This document shows positions 19,037 through 28,094 of a stretch of DNA of 59,750 nt, piece by piece. A program made the translations under genes and the position numbers. Origin of the DNA: an uncultured Methanosarcinales archaeon (GTDB lineage: Archaea; Nanobdellota; Nanobdellia; Woesearchaeales; CAZOXR01); the NCBI GenBank assembly GCA_964566535.1, contig CAZMIO010000001.1:124001-183750 (forward strand), given 5' to 3'. The first letter of the stretch is position 1. Each line of letters starts with the position of its first letter. Below the pieces are notes generated by a model, which saw only the letters and a list, made by a program, of their open reading frames with translations, ran no database searches and was not told the DNA's origin.

Positions 19037-19726
19037 ATGTCGTACATGCATAAAGAACAGGTTGGAAAACTCGTTGAATCGGGCATTGATTCTGAAGATA
19101 TAATTGGTTGGCATGGTACATCTTTTGGTGCCATTCAAAAAATGGCTCAGATTGAAAGTCTTCTGCCAGGTACAAGATATGGACCTCAGCTGTCTTTTGT
19201 TCCTGTTCAAGGTATTGGAGATCGGGCAGCAATAGAGGCTGTTGGGGATTTCGCTTTTATGCATGCAAACGCTCATGCTTTATTAGGTGATATTAATGGA
19301 AGGGATGAACACTATGCTGCTGCTGTTGACTATTTTGAAGGTAAGATGAATCCGAGTAAATTAGCAGATGAACAAGCAAGAGCCCTATACGAGGCCGGCA
19401 GAGATCACCTTTGCGAACAGTTGGATTATACCGAAGATGAACTTAATGAGGCCTATAGTGAATTGGTTAATGAAGATGTATTTGGACAAGCACAAGAGGA
19501 TATCTCAAGAGTGGTATTTCAGAGTGTTGCAGTTGCTTTTTCCACAAGAGTAGCTGAGGATTTGGGGGTTCAAGTAAGAGATGGTTCTACACCCCAGGAT
19601 GGATCATACATCGTTGTCCCTGAAGAAGGTCTACCTTTAGAGTACGTTACTGGAATTGAAGCCTATGATAGGATAGTAATGAAATTTCTTGTTAGCGAAT
19701 TTCAAGGAGATCTTCCTTTTCCATAA
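19037..19726 (+). CDS. Hypothetical protein with possible ADP-ribosyltransferase-like fold
   Basis: IGWHGTS..AI (ART strand-1-like), LSFVP, C-terminal GLPLEYVTGIE; own TATA box at 19006..19013. Confidence 0.55.
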   Translation: MSYMHKEQVGKLVESGIDSEDIIGWHGTSFGAIQKMAQIESLLPGTRYGPQLSFVPVQGIGDRAAIEAVGDFAFMHANAHALLGDINGRDEHYAAAVDYFEGKMNPSKLADEQARALYEAGRDHLCEQLDYTEDELNEAYSELVNEDVFGQAQEDISRVVFQSVAVAFSTRVAEDLGVQVRDGSTPQDGSYIVVPEEGLPLEYVTGIEAYDRIVMKFLVSEFQGDLPFP

Positions 19727-19765
19727 TCATTAAATATATAAATCAGTATTCAATCTAATTCTAAT

Positions 19766-20056
19766 ATGGGAAGTATGCTTAGTTCGATATTAGTAATGGC
19801 CGGTCTTGGTTTAATATTTGCACTTATACTTAGCTGGGCTTCTAAGAAGTTTAAGGTTGAGGAAAAGGTTAAGGTTGATGTTAGTAAGATGAAAGATATT
19901 GTTATGGTCTTGCCTAAGACTAATTGTGGGGGCTGTGGGTATCCTGGTTGTGGTGCATTTGCTAAGGCTGTTTTAGATGGAGATGCCCCTCATGATGGTT
20001 GTATTGTAGGTAAGGAAGAAGTTGCTAAGAAGATTGAAGATATAATGAAAAAATAA
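19766..20056 (+). CDS. rnfB: Short RnfB-like subunit (membrane anchor plus one FeS domain)
   Basis: TM helix, ASKKFKVE, LPKTNCGGCGYPGC..FA.AV..G.....C; ends before any ferredoxin domain. Confidence 0.85.
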   Translation: MGSMLSSILVMAGLGLIFALILSWASKKFKVEEKVKVDVSKMKDIVMVLPKTNCGGCGYPGCGAFAKAVLDGDAPHDGCIVGKEEVAKKIEDIMKK

Positions 20057-20074
20057 TTTTAAAAAAGAAATAAA

Positions 20075-20524
20075 TTAAGCTTCGTCACTGTATTCAGTGA
20101 CTTCTGAGACTGTTTCTGCTTGTGGTTCATCAGATTTAGTTTCAACTTTTCTGTAGATGCTTGCAAAAGCTGGTGTTATTGCAATCCAGTCGTCTCCAAA
20201 TCCTGCAATATCTCCTTCGATTGCATCAGTTGTTTTCTTTAATTTGTTGATTGCTCTCTTTAATTCAACTAAATCTTTGTCTCTTAAAGGCTTAATGTTA
20301 ATTAAAGCAATTGTATGACCTTCTCTTAAGGACTCTAGAATTGGTTTAATATGTTCAAAATCTTCAATAACATAGGGTCTTACCTGAACTTTAGACTCAG
20401 GTTTTGACTCTGACTCTGCGCCTATTTCCACATACCCTTCATCCTCAGAAGGTTCAGTAGACACCGGTGCCTCATATTCTGTACTTGCTAATTTTTCCTT
20501 CATCTTTGAAAAGAAACCTGCCAT
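20075..20524 (-). CDS. sepF: Cell division protein SepF
   Basis: YVEI linker motif; ILESLREG..ALINIKPL...ELKRAINKLK....EGDIAG. Confidence 0.92.
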   Translation of the reverse strand: MAGFFSKMKEKLASTEYEAPVSTEPSEDEGYVEIGAESESKPESKVQVRPYVIEDFEHIKPILESLREGHTIALINIKPLRDKDLVELKRAINKLKKTTDAIEGDIAGFGDDWIAITPAFASIYRKVETKSDEPQAETVSEVTEYSDEA

Positions 20525-20597
20525 TTTATCCCTCCACAGTAAAATATTTTTTCAACAAAAAAATGTTACACTATTATCTATTTAAATCTTTTGTTTT

Positions 20598-20705
20598 AAA
20601 TGTCAAGAACCCCAATCAAAAATTTGTGGAATATAGTAGTAAATTTACATCATGTGGTTCTTGAGCATGCTCAGACACTTTTCAGCTGGAAAGTTTCTGA
20701 CATTT
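20598..20705. repeat. Nested inverted repeats (REP/MITE-like element)
   Basis: Ends AAATGTCA/TGACATTT; TCAAGAACC (20603) with GGTTCTTGA (20656); perfect palindrome TGAGCATGCTCA (20662..20673); 30-bp imperfect palindrome at 20671..20700. Confidence 0.6.
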
Positions 20706-20756
20706 TATTTTTCATTAATCATAATATTTAAATAGTATCTTGCTAAGGTAGTAAAT

Positions 20757-21053
20757 ATGGGTAAAATCAGCGATACAGAAAGAGAGGTAATCTATTTAGA
20801 GATAGAAAAATCGAAGATTAATCGAGAGAAATCAAAGATTGTACTGAATAAAAGTCTTGTTCTTTATATTACATTTACAATTGTTGGGATAATGGGGTTT
20901 GCATTTGATTATATTGACTCTTTTTTACTTAATGTGCTTGTAGTTATTGGGATTGTTGTACTGATAATAGGAATTGTGCCTTATCATATGATTACTCACA
21001 AGGAAGAGAAGAAGATTAATGAGTTGTTGAATAAGTTTAAACGGAAAAAATGA
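20757..21053 (+). CDS. Small two-TM membrane protein
   Basis: Two hydrophobic segments; TATA 22 nt upstream; overlaps the next gene (ATGA). Confidence 0.75.
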   Translation: MGKISDTEREVIYLEIEKSKINREKSKIVLNKSLVLYITFTIVGIMGFAFDYIDSFLLNVLVVIGIVVLIIGIVPYHMITHKEEKKINELLNKFKRKK

Positions 21054-21490
21054 GAAAAAAAGGACTATCGCCGCTGGTTTCGTCTGTATTGCTAATCTCG
21101 TTTGCAATTGTTTTAGGTATACTTGTGATGAGTTGGGGGAAGGCTGAGCAGGGTAAGAGAGTTGTTGATGTTTGTGATAAGGCTGGTGTGGAGATTGTTT
21201 CTATTAATGATGAATTGCAGGCTTGTTATACAGATACTAAGATATTTTTTACTGCTGGGAATACTGGTGAGGGTATTTTGAGTGGGATTAAGGTTACTGC
21301 TATTGGGAGTCAGGATATTGGTAATGAAGAGGTTGTTGTTGATATGGGTCCTGCTGATGTTACTCGATTGGAGACTATTTATGGTGGAAATGTTGGGGAG
21401 TTGTTGCAAGTTAGGTTTGCTCCTGAGATTAATCTAGGTGAAGTGTGTGCTAACAAAATTTTTATAGTTGATGAGATTAGTCGGTGTTAA
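21050..21490 (+). CDS. Archaeal type IV pilin-like protein
   Basis: Class III signal peptide MRKKG|LSPLVSSVLLISFAIVLG; paired Cys in the globular part. Confidence 0.85.
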   Translation: MRKKGLSPLVSSVLLISFAIVLGILVMSWGKAEQGKRVVDVCDKAGVEIVSINDELQACYTDTKIFFTAGNTGEGILSGIKVTAIGSQDIGNEEVVVDMGPADVTRLETIYGGNVGELLQVRFAPEINLGEVCANKIFIVDEISRC

Positions 21491-21491
21491 G

Positions 21492-21749
21492 ATGTTTAAG
21501 AAGATGAGTTTTTTTACGAAGGTTGTGATTGCAATACTTATGTTAGCTCCAGTAATATTGGGATATTACTGGTATACTTATCTTGATTCAAGTGAAAGTT
21601 CTGTTTTGGGTGCTTTTTTGTCTCCTGTTAACAATACCCCCATAATGATTTCACTTATTGTGTTCTTAGTTGGTTATTTGATATTTATTATTGCTATGTT
21701 TTATGATAACATAAAAGAGTTCATGGATAAAAGAACTCATAAGAGTTAA
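21492..21749 (+). CDS. Small two-TM membrane protein
   Basis: Two hydrophobic helices; start moved to the ATG at 21492. Confidence 0.7.
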   Translation: MFKKMSFFTKVVIAILMLAPVILGYYWYTYLDSSESSVLGAFLSPVNNTPIMISLIVFLVGYLIFIIAMFYDNIKEFMDKRTHKS

Positions 21750-21758
21750 TTTCTTACG

Positions 21759-22529
21759 ATGAAAATAGGGCTATATCTGGATAAATCGATTGAAGAGAAT
21801 GCTGGTCTTTATTACGATAAAGCTAAGAAGATTAAGAAAAAGATAGAGGGAGCAAGAAAGGCTCTTGATGAGGGCCTTTTGAAATTGAAGAAGCTTGAGA
21901 AGGAGCAGAAGGTTTTAGAGGTTAAGGAGGAGGTTGTTAAGGTTAAGAAGAAGTGGTATGAGAAGTTCCATTGGTTTGTCAGTTCTGAGGGTTTTTTAGT
22001 TATTGGGGGTAGGGATGCTACATCTAATGAGATTGTTGTTAAGAAACATACTGATTCAAATGATTTAGTACTTCATACTGATATGGCAGGTAGTCCATTT
22101 TTTGTTATTAAGTCTGATGGGAAGGAAATTGGGAAGGATACTATTAAGGAGGCTGCAGATGCTACTGTTAGTTTTTCTCGAGCTTGGAAATTGGGGCTAA
22201 TGACTACATCTGTTTTTTATGTTACGCCAGAGCAGGTTAGCAAAAAGGCTCAGTCTGGAGAGTATATGAGCAAAGGTGCTTTTATGATCTATGGTAAGGT
22301 CAATTATATTGATAATGAAATGAGTATGGCTGTTGGAATGTTTGATGGTGCTATTATGGCTGGTCCTGTTTCTGCTGTTAAGAAGAATTGTTCTAAGATT
22401 GTTGTTGTTATTCAGGGTAAGGATAAGACTAGTTCTGTTGCTAAGAAGATAAGGTATCTGGTTGGTGGAGAGCTGGATGATATTATTCGTGCTTTGCCTG
22501 CTGGTGGGGTTGAGGTAAAGAGTGGATAA
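21759..22529 (+). CDS. NFACT-R/DUF814 RNA-binding protein (resembles the C-terminal part of Rqc2)
   Basis: ENA..YY.KAKK, WYEKFHWF.SSEG.LVIGGRDA..NE, GEY..KGAFMI.G. Confidence 0.9.
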   Translation: MKIGLYLDKSIEENAGLYYDKAKKIKKKIEGARKALDEGLLKLKKLEKEQKVLEVKEEVVKVKKKWYEKFHWFVSSEGFLVIGGRDATSNEIVVKKHTDSNDLVLHTDMAGSPFFVIKSDGKEIGKDTIKEAADATVSFSRAWKLGLMTTSVFYVTPEQVSKKAQSGEYMSKGAFMIYGKVNYIDNEMSMAVGMFDGAIMAGPVSAVKKNCSKIVVVIQGKDKTSSVAKKIRYLVGGELDDIIRALPAGGVEVKSG

Positions 22530-23304
22530 GAGATTTAATTGCACAGAATGTGGTAATTGTTGTTCTAAGATAAGGGGGAAGTTAAGTGAAGAGGAGACTG
22601 AATTCTTAAAAGAGAATGCATATGGAAAGATGCCTTTGTTTCAGCTGATTTCTATTGAGGAAAGTAGTTTTCCGCTTTGGGATTGGGAGGCTAAGAGGTT
22701 TAAGGCTTGGGCTGATGAGGTTGGGGTTGATGCTAAAATTAGGCCTTTGCGAGCTATGTTTGATCTGGATTCGAATAAGACTATAATTATTGCTTATCAT
22801 ATGGATTCTGATTCGTGTCCGTTTCTTTCTGATAAGAAATGTTTGATTTATGATAAGAAAAGGGCTTTTGTTTGTAGATTGTTTCCGTTTCAACGGACTC
22901 CTTTCTTAGATATTGATGAAGAATCTGATCCTTCTAAGTTATTAGGGTATTGTCATGTTACGAATGAGGTTTTGGATGAGATCCCCAGGAATAACTTTGA
23001 GATGGTTAAGTGGTTTAATGAGTACTTTTCTGATGGAAGTTTTTTGAATGCTGTGCAGAATGATATCTCTATTGCTTGGACTAATAAGATGATTATGGAG
23101 TTGTGTAAAGGTGAGGTTATTAGGCCTGCAATTAATTATCCTTATGATAAGTTGATGAAAAGGGTTTCTAATTCTGTTTCAGTTGATTTTATGGATTATC
23201 TAATAGAGAAAAAAATTAAGACTAAGGAAGAAATAGAAACATTAATAAAAAGATTTGATGATAATAGAGATGCTGTAGATAAGATAAAAGAGTTTTTAGG
23301 GTAA
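22522..23304 (+). CDS. YkgJ-family CxxCxxCC metal-binding protein
   Basis: FNCTECGNCC, CPFL...CLIY...R...CRLFPF. Confidence 0.85.
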   Translation: MDKRFNCTECGNCCSKIRGKLSEEETEFLKENAYGKMPLFQLISIEESSFPLWDWEAKRFKAWADEVGVDAKIRPLRAMFDLDSNKTIIIAYHMDSDSCPFLSDKKCLIYDKKRAFVCRLFPFQRTPFLDIDEESDPSKLLGYCHVTNEVLDEIPRNNFEMVKWFNEYFSDGSFLNAVQNDISIAWTNKMIMELCKGEVIRPAINYPYDKLMKRVSNSVSVDFMDYLIEKKIKTKEEIETLIKRFDDNRDAVDKIKEFLG

Positions 23305-23308
23305 AAAA

Positions 23309-24058
23309 GTGGTGCAAAGAGAATCTAGGTCGGTTGAGGAAGTTCTTAGTGATTTGGCTAAATATTCTGATTTTGAATTTTATACGACTTTTAGAGAAGG
23401 GCATCTTGGATATCACTGGGAAGAAGATTCAGATAATCTGAGAATGCTTTTACAAGTTTATGAAGAGTTCAAGGTTTTATATCAAGAGGATGTTTGGGTG
23501 CACATACTCAAAGAATCTTATTCTGTAATCTACTATATGGATTATTTTAAGCAAAGAGAGTTGAAATATTTATTTGAAAACTATGGTAGATGGTGTGGAG
23601 GGGGAGATGATAGTGCGCTTGAAGGATTTAATAGTTTGATCCCAAGAGCTAAAGCAACTTTAGGGATGTTACATGATTCTGTTAAAGGAGTAGTTGAGAA
23701 TTACCCAAGGACGCCTGAAGAAAGACAAAGATACATACATGAAATTGACCCCCATATTGGAGTGGAGACTGGTGAAGATGTTCAGGTATTAGCCAGATTA
23801 ATTGAAGGAAAAGAATTTGAAAGTAAGGCCTTTATTTTATTGCATAAGTATGTTCTAAAAGATTTTTTTAAGAAAAGTATGATTCCAATTAGAAGACTTG
23901 AGGATCTACTTAATAAGTTAAAAGAGAAAAGCAAGTATCATACCTATTTCTTTAATGTTAAGCGATGGAGAAGAGATAAATTTATTGATGGTTCAGAGAT
24001 CAAATTTGAACTTGAATATTGGTCTAGTGTAGCGAAAATAGGTGTATGGTTGGTCTAG
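23309..24058 (+). CDS. Hypothetical protein
   Basis: 249-aa ORF with GTG start; no recognised motif. Confidence 0.65.
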   Translation: MVQRESRSVEEVLSDLAKYSDFEFYTTFREGHLGYHWEEDSDNLRMLLQVYEEFKVLYQEDVWVHILKESYSVIYYMDYFKQRELKYLFENYGRWCGGGDDSALEGFNSLIPRAKATLGMLHDSVKGVVENYPRTPEERQRYIHEIDPHIGVETGEDVQVLARLIEGKEFESKAFILLHKYVLKDFFKKSMIPIRRLEDLLNKLKEKSKYHTYFFNVKRWRRDKFIDGSEIKFELEYWSSVAKIGVWLV

Positions 24059-24100
24059 GATATTTTTTTTGATAGTCAATTTTGGGATATTTATGTTGGA

Positions 24101-25228
24101 TTGGTAAGTTTGGCTTCTAATAGAGGTAAAATGTCTGGAATAAGTGGAGATAATGTTAGATTGGATCAGACTATAGTAGGGACCATTTCAAGTCTGAAAC
24201 ATAATAGGAAAGATGGTAATGAAGCTGAAAATGAACACATACAAAAGATAATTAAGAGATTGTGCAGTATAAATTTTAAGTTTGAGACAGAATTAATCAG
24301 AGTGGATCCAGGAGACTTGTGGGTGTTTCTAACAGGGTTAACTGAGGGAACAGTTAACCTCCTTGCTTTATTTAAGATAAAGAATGCCCATAACCCGAGT
24401 CAGATCTCTGATTTGAAAGTAATTTCTGAGATAGGCAAAAGACATAATGATTTTAGGGAGGTTATGATCAAGTTAAAGCAATATTGGGAGGGGATTGTAG
24501 ACAAGCACATTAGAGATATAACTCATATGGCTATTTTCATTAGATTGTTTGATAAATTTGAAATGGAATTTTTTGAGTTGTTAGTTAGAGCTGGTATTAA
24601 GCTTTCATCTTCAGATATGCAGCATCTTGAAGAAATAATGAAAAATTATTCATCCAATAATGCTCAAGAATTCTTTGATAAGTTTATGGGAGAAAGGGGT
24701 AATGAGGAAAGAAAGTTTATATTATTTCTATCTGCCAAAACTGACCACAATCTTGCATCTAGATGGAAGGATATGGAAATGGATGAGATGCCAAAGGATC
24801 ATTACGTTGTTGAATATGCATTCGTTTCTTCACCAGCACATTTAGCTGTCATGATAAAAGACGCCTCTTCAAGAAAAAAGATAGACGTTTTAATAATTGA
24901 AGGGCATGGATCTAAGGGCCATATTACATTTAGTGATGGAGCAGAAGGTAGGCTTACAACTGACAGTTTAAATTCAGATTATTTTAAAGGCGTAAACTCT
25001 TGTTTTTCAAAAGATGCTGTTTGTTACTTGTTATCGTGTTCTACTGGAGGTGGTGAAGACCCAATTGCCCAACATTTTGCTAATGTGATTGGGGTTCCTG
25101 TTTATGGCCCACATATACCTGCCGCTACAAGGATAGAATTTAATCGTAAGAAAGAAATTATAGTTAAATATTTTGAAGTTAATGCCGATAAAACACAAAT
25201 TATGCCAGTTGTTTTTAATCCTCAATAG
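24101..25228 (+). CDS. Helical N-terminus fused to a caspase-fold (DUF4347/CHAT-like) His-Cys domain
   Basis: VLIIEGHGS and CYLLSCSTG.....IAQ..A......VYGP; start codon uncertain. Confidence 0.65.
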   Translation: MVSLASNRGKMSGISGDNVRLDQTIVGTISSLKHNRKDGNEAENEHIQKIIKRLCSINFKFETELIRVDPGDLWVFLTGLTEGTVNLLALFKIKNAHNPSQISDLKVISEIGKRHNDFREVMIKLKQYWEGIVDKHIRDITHMAIFIRLFDKFEMEFFELLVRAGIKLSSSDMQHLEEIMKNYSSNNAQEFFDKFMGERGNEERKFILFLSAKTDHNLASRWKDMEMDEMPKDHYVVEYAFVSSPAHLAVMIKDASSRKKIDVLIIEGHGSKGHITFSDGAEGRLTTDSLNSDYFKGVNSCFSKDAVCYLLSCSTGGGEDPIAQHFANVIGVPVYGPHIPAATRIEFNRKKEIIVKYFEVNADKTQIMPVVFNPQ

Positions 25229-25271
25229 AATTCAAAAAATATTTAAAAGGGTCTATGTAAAATGTATAAAA

Positions 25272-25904
25272 ATGATAACAACAGAAGAGATGAAGAAGTT
25301 AGAAGAGGCGAGTGAGGTTTCTAAGGTTCAATTGATGAGTAATGCTGGTAAGGGGATTTTTGATGTTCTAAATTCGCGGATGGATATAAAGAATAAGAAG
25401 GTGCTTTTAGTTTGTTATCATGGGAATAATGGTGGAGATGGGTTTGTTGCTGCTAATTGCTTATGTGATGTTTCTGATGTTACTGTACTTTTTGTTGGAG
25501 ATGAGGATAAGTTTAAGGAAGAAGGTGGTGTAAATTATAAGAAGATGTTGAAGAACTCTAAGATTCAGCTTTTGCATGATGCTTCTGATATTGATTTTGG
25601 TGATTTTGACTATATAATTGATGCTATTTTGGGGACTGGGAGTGAGAGTGGGTTGAAGGAGCCCATTGCTTCTGTTGTGGACCAGATAAATGAGTCAGGT
25701 GCTTTTAAGATTGCTGTTGATGTTCCTACTGGAATGAATCCTGATACTGGCGAAGTTGTTGATAAGGTTGTTAATGCAGATTTAGTTGTTAGCTTTCATG
25801 ATATTAAGAAGGGGTTAGAAGGGATTAAGGATAAGGTTGTTGTTGTTGATATTGGGATTAAGGATAAGGTTGTTGTTGTTGATATTGGGATTAAGGATTC
25901 TTAA
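25272..25904 (+). CDS. nnrE: NAD(P)H-hydrate epimerase (YjeF N-terminal domain only)
   Basis: LMSNAG, GNNGGDGFVAA, IDAILGTG, AVDVPTG; start moved to the ATG at 25272. Confidence 0.92.
   Translation: MITTEEMKKLEEASEVSKVQLMSNAGKGIFDVLNSRMDIKNKKVLLVCYHGNNGGDGFVAANCLCDVSDVTVLFVGDEDKFKEEGGVNYKKMLKNSKIQLLHDASDIDFGDFDYIIDAILGTGSESGLKEPIASVVDQINESGAFKIAVDVPTGMNPDTGEVVDKVVNADLVVSFHDIKKGLEGIKDKVVVVDIGIKDKVVVVDIGIKDS
25821..25898 (+). repeat. 33-bp perfect in-frame tandem duplication (about 2.4 copies)
   Basis: GGGATTAAGGATAAGGTTGTTGTTGTTGATATT twice, then GGGATTAAGGAT; encodes GIKDKVVVVDI twice. Confidence 0.95.
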
Positions 25905-25976
25905 GCTAATTATCCGTAAGCTATATAAATAAGTTATAGTTTTTAATGTATAATAATAATCCGGGGTGGATCAAAA

Positions 25977-28073
25977 ATGGAATTAAGCGCAAATGTTATA
26001 GCAGTATTGGTTTTTATTGTAAGTTTAATTGGACTCGGTTTTGTTTATCTTCTTATTAGAAGGATAAAGAAAGCTGATGAAGGTACTGATGTTATGAAGG
26101 ATATTTCTAAAAGTATCAAAGAGGGATCAAATGCTTTCTTGAAAAGACAGTATGGTGTTATTGCAATATATTTAGTTGTTGTTTCGATTATTTTAGGTGT
26201 ACTGGTTAAGATGGGTTATTTAGTTGTTTTTGTTCCTTTTGCATTCTTGACTGGTGGGCTTTTCTCGGCTTTAAGCGGATTTATAGGAGTTAAGATTGCT
26301 ACATTTTCAAATGCCCGTACTGCTCAGGCTTCAAGCAAATCTTTGAACGATGGTTTGAAGGTTGCTTTTTCGGCTGGTGCTGTTATGGGGCTTATTGTCG
26401 TTAGTTTTGCTTTACTTGATTTAGCGATTTGGTTTTTAGTTCTTAATTGGTATTATGCTGCATTGCCTCTTGCTGAGAGGATGCAGAACTTAACATCAGC
26501 TATGCTGACTTTCGGAATGGGGGCATCATCGGTTGCATTGTTTGCAAGGGTTGGTGGAGGAATATTTACTAAAGCTGCTGATGTTGGAGCTGATTTAGTC
26601 GGTAAGGTTGAAGCTGGAATTCCAGAAGATGATCCGAGGAATCCTGCTGTTATTGCTGATAATGTTGGTGATAATGTAGGGGATGTTGCTGGAATGGGGG
26701 CTGACCTTTATGAGAGTTATGTTGGTTCTATAATTGCTACAATGGCCCTTGCTGTTGCTGCTGGTTTGTCGCTTAAGGGAGTTGCTGTTCCTTTGGCAAT
26801 TGCTGCTGTTGGAGTAATTTGTTCAATAATTGGAACTTATCTTGTTAGGACAGAAGGCAAGGCAGATGCGCATGCTTTACTTTGGGCTTTGCGTAAGGGT
26901 ATTTTTTCTGCTGCTATTTTGATTGCGATTGCTTCTTATTTTATTGTTGTTCAGATATTAGGTGTGGAGCATATTAATGTCTATTATACAGTTTTAATTG
27001 GTTTAGCGGCCGGACTCATAATTGGACTAAGTACTGAGTACTATACGGCTAAGGAGTACAAACACACTAAAAGATTAGCAGAATCTGCTAAAACTGGTCC
27101 TGCTACTATTGTGATTGAGGGTACTGCTTTAGGTATGAGGTCAACTGCAATTCCAATATTGACTGTTTCTGCTGCAATACTCGGAAGTTTCTATATTGCT
27201 GGTGGGTCTGCAAGTTATAGCTTAGGATTATATGGTGTTGGACTTGCTGCCGTTGGTATGTTGTCTACACTTGGTATTACACTAGCTACTGATGCTTATG
27301 GTCCAATTGCTGATAATGCAGGCGGTATTGCAGAGATGGCAAAGATGGATCCTGAAGTTAGGAAAAGAACTGATGCATTGGATGCCTTAGGTAATACAAC
27401 TGCTGCGACTGGAAAGGGTTTTGCAATTGGTTCTGCTGGACTTACTGCACTTGCTTTGATTGTTGCTTACAAAGAACAAGTTGAGTTATTAGGTCATGAG
27501 CTTACTTTGAGTTTGCTTAATCCTGTTGTTGTTGTTGGATTGATGATTGGGGCAATGCTTCCATTTATCTTTAGTTCAATGACAATGAGTGCTGTTGGAA
27601 GATCTGCTGAGAAGATAATTGTAGAGGTTCGAAGACAGTTTAAAGAGATTAAAGGATTGATGGAAGGCACTGCAAAAGCTGATTATAAAAGTTGTGTTGA
27701 TATATCAACTAAGGCTGCGCAGCATGAGATGATTGCTCCTGCAATTTTAGCTATTGTTTCACCAATTGCTGTTGGATTGTTACTTGGTCCTGCTGCTGTT
27801 AGTGGATTGTTGATTGGAACATTAGTTACTGGATTTGTACTGGCAATATTTATGGCTAATGCTGGCGGTTCATGGGATAATGCAAAGAAGCACATCGAAG
27901 AAGGACATCATGGCGGTAAGGGTTCTGATGCTCACAAAGCTGCTGTTGTTGGAGATACAGTTGGAGATCCTTTCAAGGATACATCTGGACCTTCGATTAA
28001 CATATTGATTAAGTTGATGTCAATGGTTAGCTTAGTGTTTGCTTCGTTTGTTGTTGCTAATGCTTTGATTTAG
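25977..28073 (+). CDS. hppA: Membrane-bound ion-translocating pyrophosphatase, K+-dependent, probably Na+-pumping
   Basis: [35 protein letters not shown] (Ala marks K+ dependence), GADLYESY (helix-6 Glu typical of Na+-PPases). Confidence 0.96.
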   Translation: MELSANVIAVLVFIVSLIGLGFVYLLIRRIKKADEGTDVMKDISKSIKEGSNAFLKRQYGVIAIYLVVVSIILGVLVKMGYLVVFVPFAFLTGGLFSALSGFIGVKIATFSNARTAQASSKSLNDGLKVAFSAGAVMGLIVVSFALLDLAIWFLVLNWYYAALPLAERMQNLTSAMLTFGMGASSVALFARVGGGIFTKAADVGADLVGKVEAGIPEDDPRNPAVIADNVGDNVGDVAGMGADLYESYVGSIIATMALAVAAGLSLKGVAVPLAIAAVGVICSIIGTYLVRTEGKADAHALLWALRKGIFSAAILIAIASYFIVVQILGVEHINVYYTVLIGLAAGLIIGLSTEYYTAKEYKHTKRLAESAKTGPATIVIEGTALGMRSTAIPILTVSAAILGSFYIAGGSASYSLGLYGVGLAAVGMLSTLGITLATDAYGPIADNAGGIAEMAKMDPEVRKRTDALDALGNTTAATGKGFAIGSAGLTALALIVAYKEQVELLGHELTLSLLNPVVVVGLMIGAMLPFIFSSMTMSAVGRSAEKIIVEVRRQFKEIKGLMEGTAKADYKSCVDISTKAAQHEMIAPAILAIVSPIAVGLLLGPAAVSGLLIGTLVTGFVLAIFMANAGGSWDNAKKHIEEGHHGGKGSDAHKAAVVGDTVGDPFKDTSGPSINILIKLMSMVSLVFASFVVANALI

Positions 28074-28094
28074 TTTTTATTTTTTTATTTTTAT

